A stretch of 27,802 nucleotides of DNA from Candidatus Hydrogenedentota bacterium (GTDB lineage Bacteria > Hydrogenedentota > Hydrogenedentia > Hydrogenedentales > SLHB01). Location of the stretch: contig SLHB01000122.1 of the NCBI GenBank assembly GCA_007136375.1, positions 1 to 27,802 of the forward strand. The letters run 5' to 3'. The position numbers and the translations under genes are program-made. Below the pieces are notes generated by a model, which saw only the letters and a program-made list of their open reading frames with translations, did no database searches and was not told the origin of the DNA. Of the stretch, positions 1 to 7,684 are shown in pieces. The stretch's first letter is position 1; every line of letters begins with the position of its first letter.

Positions 1-1137
1 GATTGGGAGGCGAAACGGGACAAATACCTTCCCCTTGTGGACCGCGTCACCACGCGGGAGGAGCTCAACGAGGTCATCAGCATGCTCATGGCCGAACTCT
101 CCGCCTTGCATATCAACGCCTATGGCGGCGACATCCGCCGGGACACCGACGGCGTGTCCGTGGCCACATTGGGCGCTTATCTGGAGCGCGACGAGGACGC
201 GAGCGGATACCGGATCGCGCGGATCTACGAGGCGGATCCCGACTATCCCGAATGGTTCGGCCCGTTGCGGGAGCCTGGGCTGGACATTGAAGAAGGGGAG
301 GTGATCACGGCCATCAACGGGACGTCCACCTTGAGCGCGCGCCACCCCAACGAGTTGCTACGGAATCAGCAAGGCCAGCAGGTTCTGCTGGAGCTGGGCG
401 GGGCGGATGGGAACGGAGAAACCCGGGAGCGCATCGTCAGGCCCACCACCAACGAGAGCCTCTTGCGGTACCGGGACTGGAAGTACAGCCGCCGCGTCGC
501 CGTGGAGGAGGCGTCGGACAACCGCCTGGGCTACATCCATCTGAGCGCGATGGGCGGCGCTAACCTGGGCGAGTGGTACCGGGAGTTCTACCCCGTGTTC
601 AACCGCGAGGGCATCATCATCGACATGCGCGCGAACCGGGGCGGCAACATCGACAGCATCATCCTTGGCAAGCTATTGCGGGAGGCGTGGTCCTACCACC
701 AAGAGCGGGCCATGGAGCCATCCTGGAACATGCAGTACGCCTTCCGCGGCCACACCGTGGTCCTCGTGGACGAGACCACCTCGTCGAACGGCGAAGGCTT
801 CACCGAGGGCTTCCAGCGCCTCGGGCTCGGCACGGTCATCGGCACGCGCACGTGGGGCGGCTATATTTGGATCGCCGCAGGGCAGACCGTGCTCAGCGAC
901 GGCGGCAACGCCTTGGCTCCCCACATGGGCGTCTATTCCGAGGATGGCGAATGGATCATCGAGCGCCACGGGGTCGAGCCCGACATCACCGTGGACAATT
1001 TGCCCCACGCGACGTTCAAGGGCGAGGACGCGCAACTGGACGCCGCCATTGAATACCTGTTGGACAAGCTAGAAGAGGAGCCCGTGGAGGTTCCCCAGCC
1101 GCCGCCCTATCCGCACATCGACGATATCCGCTTCTAG
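1..1137 (+). CDS. Tricorn protease-like S41 family peptidase, C-terminal part (C1, PDZ, tail-specific protease domain); 5'-truncated by the window edge
   Basis: Frame is open from base 1 (DWEAKRDKYLPLVDRVTTREELNEVI). Tricorn-type motifs: ELSALH (His), GYIHLSAMG, IIDMRANRGGNID, DETTSSNGE (catalytic Ser region), GTRTWGG, IERHGVEPDITVDNLP, DAQLDAAIEYLL. Confidence 0.93.
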   Translation, partial: DWEAKRDKYLPLVDRVTTREELNEVISMLMAELSALHINAYGGDIRRDTDGVSVATLGAYLERDEDASGYRIARIYEADPDYPEWFGPLREPGLDIEEGEVITAINGTSTLSARHPNELLRNQQGQQVLLELGGADGNGETRERIVRPTTNESLLRYRDWKYSRRVAVEEASDNRLGYIHLSAMGGANLGEWYREFYPVFNREGIIIDMRANRGGNIDSIILGKLLREAWSYHQERAMEPSWNMQYAFRGHTVVLVDETTSSNGEGFTEGFQRLGLGTVIGTRTWGGYIWIAAGQTVLSDGGNALAPHMGVYSEDGEWIIERHGVEPDITVDNLPHATFKGEDAQLDAAIEYLLDKLEEEPVEVPQPPPYPHIDDIRF

Positions 1138-1166
1138 GGCGGCGCGTTCGCCCGGCATCGTTGGTG

Positions 1167-1175
1167 TGGTAGGCT
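1167..1175 (+). promoter_or_regulatory. Candidate extended -10 promoter (TG-g-TAGGCT) for the lipoprotein gene
   Basis: TGGTAGGCT fits TGnTAnnnT, 55 nt upstream of the ATG at 1230; a Shine-Dalgarno-like AGGAGG precedes the ATG. Confidence 0.35.
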
Positions 1176-1229
1176 TAACGGAGGAGAGCGGCAGTGTAAC
1201 CCGAAGATTGAAACAGGAGGACTCGGACG

Positions 1230-1739
1230 ATGCTTGGGCCCTCGCGGCTCGCGTGCGCGGCGGCGCTCGTGGCCGCTCTAACAGCGTGCGCGGCGCGTAA
1301 CGACACGAGTGGAGACTCAACGGACGTGGCGGACGGGAGCGGAGCGGCGCTGACGGAAGTGGAAGCGCCCGACGCCCTGGAGACGGAGGGGGACAACTTG
1401 GAGCCCATGGAGCTGACGGCCTTGGACGACGGCGCGGGTTACGCCGTGACGGGCCCCTGGGATTTCGAGGGGATGTTGACCACGCCGGAGACGGAGGGCG
1501 GCGCCTGGCGTTTCGCCGGCCAGTTCACGTTCCCGACGGGCGGCTACCAAGTGGGCGAACCCCGGGTGCGGATTATGAAATCCTATCCCGAGCAGGTGTC
1601 CATCGTGATCCCGGTGGTTCCCCCGCCGGATGACGCGATGGTGATTCAGGTCATTACCGAGACGCCGGTGGAGGTGGAGATTCCCGCCTCGCCCGAGGCG
1701 ACCTTCACCGCCGCCGTGGAGCGTGTGAGCACGGGTTAG
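1230..1739 (+). CDS. Lipoprotein with a PrcB-C-terminal-like (protease-complex subunit) domain
   Basis: Signal peptide ending in the lipobox LTA-C; acidic linker; then FPTGGYQV...VSIVIPVVPPPDDAMVIQVITETP, which resembles the PrcB_C pattern PTGGY...P....VTQ(A/V)IT. RBS present. Confidence 0.6.
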   Translation: MLGPSRLACAAALVAALTACAARNDTSGDSTDVADGSGAALTEVEAPDALETEGDNLEPMELTALDDGAGYAVTGPWDFEGMLTTPETEGGAWRFAGQFTFPTGGYQVGEPRVRIMKSYPEQVSIVIPVVPPPDDAMVIQVITETPVEVEIPASPEATFTAAVERVSTG

Positions 1740-1815
1740 CGACCGGCCAGCGTGTTGGGCCGCCTGGACGGGCGGCTCCGCGGCTCACGAAACGCAGGGG
1801 GAGGAGGGAGGCACG

Positions 1816-3156
1816 ATGGCGCGGTGGGCCTTGCTGATACTTGCGGCGATGGTGGTCTCCGCCGTGTTCTGGTGGGCCGCGCTGCCGACGCGCCCCTCCG
1901 ACGAGCTCTTCGCCAAGGAGATCGCGGCGGCGCAGGCCGAGTACTTGGAAGAAGCGGACCAGCGCCGCGCCGCTATGGACAGACGGCGGCGCGCGGCGGG
2001 GTTGGACGCGGATTGGGATTGCGCCGAAGCCCTGACGGAATGGCTCGACCCGGCGCGGGAGAGCTTGCCGGACTTGGCGACGGCGTTCCTAGAGAACCGG
2101 GGCCGCCTCGCCACGGAGCCTTCCGCCGCGGAGGCGTTGTCCGGCGCCATGGGCCCGTCCATGGGCATTGCTCCGGCCCAGGACCTACGGGCCACGCTGC
2201 TGGCCTACGCGCGGACGGATCCTTTCCTGGCGCAATTCTCGGAATGGGCGGCGCTGGGCCTGTGCGCGGCGGCGTTGGACCCCGTCCGGGGCGTCTCCCT
2301 AGCGGAATGGGACGGGCTGGACCGCGTTCAAGGCGTGGCGGGGTTGCTGGCGGTGCGGGCCGTGGCCTGGGCCGAGGCGGGCTACGCCGCGGAGGCCTTC
2401 CAAGGGTTGTTCGCGGTGTATGAACTCGCCGCTGGGTTGGCGGAAGAGCCAATCTTCGCCGCCCAAGAGCACGCGTTGGCCATCCAAGCCATGGCCGACG
2501 AAGCGCTGGGCTTGGTGCTCCATGCCGCGCCGCCGCCGAAGGCGGAACGGGACAAGCTCGCGCGGCGCATGGAGGCGCGCGCCTCCGCCGATCCCCTCAT
2601 CCGCACGCTGCACGCGGAGGCCTCCTTTGCATTGCGCCACTACCCCCTCGAACAGTTGGGCCACGCCTTGGGCGAGATGTTCGCGTACGACATCTACACC
2701 TTCGCGACCCACGCCATGCCTGTTCTGCGGCAGCAGCCCTGGGAGGCCAGGCCGGCCTTGGAGGCGCTGCGGGACACGTCGAGCAGCACCGCAGTGGAAA
2801 CCCGGGGCATGCTGAACACGATCAGCGAACTTCACGCCGCACACGCGGCGCGTGAACTCATCGGCCGCCTGACGCCGATCATCCTCGCCATCGAGGCGCA
2901 CCGTCACGAGACGGGAGGTTATCCGGACCGGCTGGACGACCTGGAGGGCCCTCGGGCCGCGTTGCCCGAAGACCCCATCACGGGCGGCTCCTTGCGCTAC
3001 CTGCGCACACCGAGCGGGTACGTCATCCGCGCCGAGGCACCCCCTGGCGCCGCGATAGAGCAACCCGTTCGTTGGCGCGGCGGTCTGGCGTCTGGCGACG
3101 CCCCTTGGACAGACAGTTCCGCCGTGGACGAAGAAGCGCCCGCGCCCGCTACATAG
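1816..3156 (+). CDS. N-terminally membrane-anchored hypothetical protein with a C-terminal GspG/pseudopilin-like motif
   Basis: RBS GGAGG; N-terminal hydrophobic helix (WALLILAAMVVSAVFWW); Ala/Leu-rich helical body; C-terminal LAIEAHRHETGGYPDRLDDL...LPEDPITGGSLRY resembles the GspG C-terminal A(L/I)xxYxxxxGxYPxxLxxL..lPxDP motif. Confidence 0.7.
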   Translation: MARWALLILAAMVVSAVFWWAALPTRPSDELFAKEIAAAQAEYLEEADQRRAAMDRRRRAAGLDADWDCAEALTEWLDPARESLPDLATAFLENRGRLATEPSAAEALSGAMGPSMGIAPAQDLRATLLAYARTDPFLAQFSEWAALGLCAAALDPVRGVSLAEWDGLDRVQGVAGLLAVRAVAWAEAGYAAEAFQGLFAVYELAAGLAEEPIFAAQEHALAIQAMADEALGLVLHAAPPPKAERDKLARRMEARASADPLIRTLHAEASFALRHYPLEQLGHALGEMFAYDIYTFATHAMPVLRQQPWEARPALEALRDTSSSTAVETRGMLNTISELHAAHAARELIGRLTPIILAIEAHRHETGGYPDRLDDLEGPRAALPEDPITGGSLRYLRTPSGYVIRAEAPPGAAIEQPVRWRGGLASGDAPWTDSSAVDEEAPAPAT

Positions 3157-4591
3157 CTCCCCACTGCCCACTCTGACTGTACGCGCCGGCTTGCTCCCGG
3201 CTGCCGGCGCGCTGGTATGTCTTCGGACGCCGCTTCAGGCTGGCCTCCAACCGGGGAAAGCGCGTAAACCGGCATCCTTCCTGCTCGAAGCGCGTGATGA
3301 CATGCAGATAGAGGATCACCCGGGCGATGCGGAGTTGCCGGGGCGACGCGTAGTAGATGGTGAGGCCTTGCTCAATAGCGTGCTCCAAGGGCGCTTGCAG
3401 CGCGGCGGGCCGCTTGGCGTCTTGCTCGGACCAGGCAAAGAGGTCGATGTCTTTATCTTCCCCGTTGCCGTCATTCCGCTGCTCTTGCGCCTTCCAAGCC
3501 TTGGCCGCCTGCCGGTAGGCCTGCACAAGGGCGTCGTACCAATGGAGCACGGCGCGGTAGCCTTCGTCCTGAATGTCCACCTCAAAGTGGAGCTTGTCAA
3601 GGCCGGCCGGCGTGACTTTGTTGAGGGCGGCGCGCCGGTCGTGGTCTTCCTCGGGGATCATGCGGACCCGGGCCTTCTCGTCGGCCGCGCCGAAGTTGAA
3701 GCTCTCCAGGATGGTGTCCGGCTTGAACTTGCCCCGGGCGATGAGGCCGAGTTCGCCGAGGAGTGGTCCGGCCAGCGCGTCATGCTCCAGGCCGTCGTCC
3801 AGGCTGGGCAAGGGCGCGAAGATGTCCGCCTTCCAGTCGAAGTAGATGTCGTGGCACAAGCCGGTGAAGGCCTTGCCGGTTCCGCGGAAGCGCCCCGCCA
3901 TGGCGGCGCCGACGATATCGGCGAAGCGCTTGCGCAGACGCCAGCCGGAATGCCGGAGGATGTCGTGTTCGTGGAGGTAGCGCAGGACCAAGAGCCGGTC
4001 CAGCGCGAGCGCGGCGGCCTGCTCGCTTTGCCCGGTCTCTTCGGCCAACAGCGTGCACCACTGCCCCACCCACTCGCGGAGTTGGCGCGCCACGTAGCTG
4101 CGGGGTTGCCGGCGCAACTCGTCCAGCGCGCCCTGGCCCGCCTCGCGGCGTTGCAGCACCGGGGCGATCTCCGCTTGAAACTCCTCGAAGGAATTCGCGC
4201 TGAGGAGCAATTCCTCCGTGCGCATTTCGTAGAGGTAGGACCGGACGAGATCCGTCACGAAGGTGTAGTCGGCCTTGTGCCGGTACGCCGCGGCGGTGAG
4301 ACGCCGCGTGGCCAGGCAGAAGTCCAGCCCTTGATCGATGACCGCGCCGGGGGGATCCAAGGCGCCCGGCTTCACGAAATACAGAACGAGCGTGCGGCCG
4401 CCCGCCGTCACTTGGAAGCCCAGCGCGCCCGCCGGGCCTTCCTCGCCTTCACCCGTCAAGCAGGCGGCGTCCTTCCAGCCCAGCAACGCCATGAACTTGC
4501 GGGCGGCGCGTTCCTGGTCCGGCCGTCCCGCGCCCGCCAGCTTGTCCCACCAGGATTGGCTTAGTTTTTCCAGATCTCTTGAGGCTCCCAT
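3149..4591 (-). CDS. Hypothetical protein; degenerate (likely catalytically inactive), C-terminally truncated Type IIG/Eco57I-like restriction-modification homolog
   Basis: 480-aa intact ORF. Blocks collinear with the REase-helical-MTase N-half: FMALLGW, YFVKP, YTFVTD..YLYE, LDRLLVLRYLHEHDI, KVTPAGLDKLHFEVD, LTIYYASPRQLRIARVILYL, FPRLEASLK. The CDS is well supported; the family assignment is a manual inference. Confidence 0.6.
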   Translation of the reverse strand: MGASRDLEKLSQSWWDKLAGAGRPDQERAARKFMALLGWKDAACLTGEGEEGPAGALGFQVTAGGRTLVLYFVKPGALDPPGAVIDQGLDFCLATRRLTAAAYRHKADYTFVTDLVRSYLYEMRTEELLLSANSFEEFQAEIAPVLQRREAGQGALDELRRQPRSYVARQLREWVGQWCTLLAEETGQSEQAAALALDRLLVLRYLHEHDILRHSGWRLRKRFADIVGAAMAGRFRGTGKAFTGLCHDIYFDWKADIFAPLPSLDDGLEHDALAGPLLGELGLIARGKFKPDTILESFNFGAADEKARVRMIPEEDHDRRAALNKVTPAGLDKLHFEVDIQDEGYRAVLHWYDALVQAYRQAAKAWKAQEQRNDGNGEDKDIDLFAWSEQDAKRPAALQAPLEHAIEQGLTIYYASPRQLRIARVILYLHVITRFEQEGCRFTRFPRLEASLKRRPKTYQRAGSREQAGAYSQSGQWGAM

Positions 4592-4592
4592 G

Positions 4593-5198
4593 TCAGGCCA
4601 CGCCCTTTCCTTTGTGCACGTTGAACCCCGCCGTTGCGATATGCCGCCAGATCACGTCGTCCCGCCTCCCCAGCAAGTCCACGCCGTCCCGCAGAAACGG
4701 CGCGAGCGTGTCTGGCTGGCTCTTTAGCGTCTTGACAAACTCGTTGCTGCTCATGGTTTGCACCGTGTACGGCTCGACCTCCGTTGCTTTGGAGCGGCGG
4801 CCTGGCGCCGTGACGGCCAACGCCTGGCCCAGGCGCTCGTTGAGAAAGGCCTGGCGCACCGACTCGTCCACGGCCAAGGCGGCCCGGAGACGGTCCGCGC
4901 TGCTTCCCGTCTTCAACACCATGGCGCGGAGCTCGGCGAAGAGGGGGAAGTCCCGGTCGGGCTGATAATACGTCCGGTTCCCCTCCTGGCGCCGGTATAG
5001 GAGCGCCATGCCCGCGAGCCGATCCAATTCACGCTGGACCGCGCGGATGGCCAGGCCCGTAACGGCCTCTATCTGGCGCTGATAATAGGCGCGGCCGGGG
5101 TCCAGCATGAACAGACGGACGATGGCCGCCCGCGCCCGGGAGGCGAAGAGGTCAGTAAGCAGCTCTTTCTGATTCTTTTGTTCCGCTGAATACATCAT
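4593..5198 (-). CDS. Winged-helix DNA-binding protein fused to a degenerate minimal nucleotidyltransferase (MNT)-like domain
   Basis: LFASRARAAIVRLFMLDPGRAYYQRQIEAVTG...VQRELDRL...RRQEGNRTYY..FPLFAELRAMVLKTG is typical of wHTH-MNT fusions. The GS..DxD motif is absent. Likely start is ATG at 5198 or 5195 rather than 5219. Confidence 0.75.
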   Translation of the reverse strand: MMYSAEQKNQKELLTDLFASRARAAIVRLFMLDPGRAYYQRQIEAVTGLAIRAVQRELDRLAGMALLYRRQEGNRTYYQPDRDFPLFAELRAMVLKTGSSADRLRAALAVDESVRQAFLNERLGQALAVTAPGRRSKATEVEPYTVQTMSSNEFVKTLKSQPDTLAPFLRDGVDLLGRRDDVIWRHIATAGFNVHKGKGVA

Positions 5199-5201
5199 AG
5201 C

Positions 5202-5214
5202 TAGATCCAATCTA
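5202..5214. promoter_or_regulatory. Inverted repeat TAGAT-cca-ATCTA immediately upstream of the wHTH gene; candidate autoregulatory operator
   Basis: Perfect 5-3-5 inverted repeat 3 nt upstream of the start codon, in an AT-rich patch. Confidence 0.3.
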
Positions 5215-5570
5215 AGCATATTGGGGCAGCAATTGCAACTATCCCCAACAACTTGTGGTATGGTTCACTCGAATGTGCGTCAAGGTCCACAAACTTGCGT
5301 TCCTTCGACGCGAATTTGTGTCAAGACGACTTAGCGTCGCGTCACTCGAACCACATTCGGCATGGAATGACGCGAAAATGGGATCAAGCGCCTTTGTCAA
5401 AGGGCGGAACGACGCCGCGAACCCACGATTCCCCCCGGCGCCGCAATGGGGAATACCGCCGCCGCCGCCGTGTTTTCCCTCGTGAAAACCCTTCCGGAGC
5501 GGGCGCGCGCAGGATTCCATGAGCCCTCGAAAACGCGGCCGCACCCATACTGCCGGGGATCTGCGCAGCC

Positions 5571-6245
5571 ATGAAAGAATCATTGATTAATCACAAAACG
5601 CGCCGGGCCGCGGAAGCGCGGCTCAGCGGAGACCAGCCGCCCGCCCGGCGCGTCCAGGGCAGCGGCGAACCCAACCGTCACGGCATGCCGAAGCTGCCCC
5701 CGGGCCAGCGCGCCGTGGAGAAGTGGCCAGTGCTGGACTTGGGCGTGCGTCCCGCCGTGACGAAGGCGAATTGGATTCTCAATGTCGGCGGCGAGACGGC
5801 GAACAGCTTTGACCTGAACTGGGACGGGCTGCTGGCGCTGCCGCAGGCCGAGGACGTTTCCGATTTCCACTGCGTGACCCATTGGAGCCGCATGGACAAC
5901 CTGTGGCGGGGCGTCCCGCTTCGGACGGTCGCGGAGCTGGCGCAGCCTCACACCGATGTCGCGCATGTTTTCTTCACGGCCTATGACGGGTACACCACGA
6001 ACCTGCGTTTGGAAGAGGCCCTTGACGAAGACGTGCTCCTGGTTCACGGCTGGGACGGCGAGCCCTTGCCTTATGAGCATGGCGGCCCCGTTCGGGTGGT
6101 CGTCCCGCGCAAGTACGCTTGGAAGGGGGCGAAATGGATCAAGGAGATCCTGTTCCTTTCCGAAGAGCGCAAGGGATTCTGGGAGGTCCGTGGGTACTCC
6201 AACTCCGCCGAACCTTGGTACAATGACCGCTACGCTTTCGAGTAG
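5571..6245 (+). CDS. Molybdopterin-dependent oxidoreductase, sulfite oxidase-like (YuiH/MsrP-type catalytic domain, no export signal)
   Basis: LPPGQ..VEKWPVL, DFHCVTHWS (Mo-ligating Cys), YDGYTTNL, HGGPVRVVVPRKYAWKGAKWI, GFWEVRGYSN. Confidence 0.9.
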   Translation: MKESLINHKTRRAAEARLSGDQPPARRVQGSGEPNRHGMPKLPPGQRAVEKWPVLDLGVRPAVTKANWILNVGGETANSFDLNWDGLLALPQAEDVSDFHCVTHWSRMDNLWRGVPLRTVAELAQPHTDVAHVFFTAYDGYTTNLRLEEALDEDVLLVHGWDGEPLPYEHGGPVRVVVPRKYAWKGAKWIKEILFLSEERKGFWEVRGYSNSAEPWYNDRYAFE

Positions 6246-6280
6246 TGCGCGCGTCTAGAACCGGCACGGTGGATACGGAC

Positions 6281-7684
6281 ATGAACCCAGCGGAACCTTC
6301 TGCGGCGTCGTGCGTTGATAAGGCGCGGGCGGCGCTGTCGCGTTGGGGTCTCGCCCCGCCGCTGAACCGCCCCATTCTCGTGGCTCTGTCGGGCGGCCCG
6401 GATTCCGTCGGCCTCTTTCATGTCCTCCACGAACTCGGCGTCCCCGTGCTTGCCGCGCACCTCGACCATGAAACACGAAACGGCGCCAGCGCCCAAGACG
6501 CGGCTTTCGCCGAGGCTTTGGCCCAGAAAGCCGGGGTCCCCTTCTACCTCCGCCGCCGGCCGGTGGCCGAGGAAGCCGCCGCGGCCGGAGCGTCCTTCGA
6601 GGCGGCGGCCCGGGCGGCGCGCTACGCCTTTCTCGCCGGCGTGGCGCGGGAAACCGGCGCCATCGCCATCGCCACGGGGCACCACGCCGGGGACCGGGCC
6701 GAGACGGTGCTCTGGCGCGTCATCCGCGGCTGCGGCCCCGGCGGCTTGGCGGGCGCGCGGGGCGAGACCCGCATCAACGGCGTCCGCGTCATCCGGCCGC
6801 TCATCCACTGCGATCGCGGGGAAATCATGGCGTACCTCCAGGCGAGGCAGCTCGAATTCCGGCGGGATCACAGCAATTCCGATATCAAGCACCTACGGAA
6901 CGCGATCCGCCACGATCTCCTGCCCCGCCTGCGCCAGGCGTACAACCCGGGCGTTGACGCCGCTTTGTTGCGCCACGCGGCTATCGCGGAGGAAGAAGAC
7001 AACTTTCTCGCGGCGCAGACGGCCGCCTTCCTGGAGCGGTGCGCCGCCGGGGACGGCCTCTGGGACCGGCGCGCCTTCGCCCGGGGCCATGCCGCGTTGC
7101 AGCGCCGCGCCGTGGCCGCATGGATGCACCGGCGGGGCGGCGATGCGGGCTTCGAGGCCGTAGAGGAGGCCCGCCGTTTCGTCACCGAAGGCCGCTCCGG
7201 CCAGTCGCTGACCCTTGGGGACGGCGTGCTCCTTCACAACACCGCCCGCTTCACGGAGTGGCGGGCCGAACACGCGTCGCCGCCCCCTGCGGACCCGGCG
7301 CCGTTGGCCGTTCCGGGTGAGGCGCGCATCGCGGGCTTGCGGCTTCGCGCCGCGCGGCTAGAGACGCCGCCGGCGGATCCCAGGGCTTTTTGCAGCGTCC
7401 GCCGCCAAGTCTTCGATAGCGCCGCTCTGGGCGCTCATCTGTCCGTGCGGATTTGGCGGCCTGGCGACCGGTTCCAACCCTTGGGCATGACGGGGAGCAA
7501 AAAGATCAAGGATTATCTATCGAGTCTGGGCGCGCCCTGGAGCGAACGGGAACGGCAGCTCGCCGTGTTGGCCGAGGACGGCCGCATCGCCTGGCTCGTC
7601 GGCCGGGCGCCCGCTCAGCCCTTCGCGGTCACCGCGCAAACCCGCGAGGCCATGGTCATTGAGGTGGATGATGGGATTGAGTAA
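6281..7684 (+). CDS. tilS: tRNA(Ile)-lysidine synthetase
   Basis: PP-loop VALSGGPDS, AHLDH, ARAARYAFL, ATGHHAGDRAET, RPL; C-terminal domain RPGDRFQPLGM.GSKKIKD; adjacent to hpt. Start at ATG 6281 (alternative GTG 6245). Confidence 0.96.
   Translation: MNPAEPSAASCVDKARAALSRWGLAPPLNRPILVALSGGPDSVGLFHVLHELGVPVLAAHLDHETRNGASAQDAAFAEALAQKAGVPFYLRRRPVAEEAAAAGASFEAAARAARYAFLAGVARETGAIAIATGHHAGDRAETVLWRVIRGCGPGGLAGARGETRINGVRVIRPLIHCDRGEIMAYLQARQLEFRRDHSNSDIKHLRNAIRHDLLPRLRQAYNPGVDAALLRHAAIAEEEDNFLAAQTAAFLERCAAGDGLWDRRAFARGHAALQRRAVAAWMHRRGGDAGFEAVEEARRFVTEGRSGQSLTLGDGVLLHNTARFTEWRAEHASPPPADPAPLAVPGEARIAGLRLRAARLETPPADPRAFCSVRRQVFDSAALGAHLSVRIWRPGDRFQPLGMTGSKKIKDYLSSLGAPWSERERQLAVLAEDGRIAWLVGRAPAQPFAVTAQTREAMVIEVDDGIE

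Noticed and set aside
1137-1153. GGGCG/CGCCC hairpin after the tricorn stop (and GCCGCC/GGCGGC at 1760-1777) as terminators
   Set aside because: Short stems with no U-tract.
5278-5400. Three minus-strand TTGAC(A/G) hexamers as tandem sigma70 promoters
   Set aside because: None has an acceptable -10 at 16-18 nt (the best is TACCAC), so none was called as a promoter.
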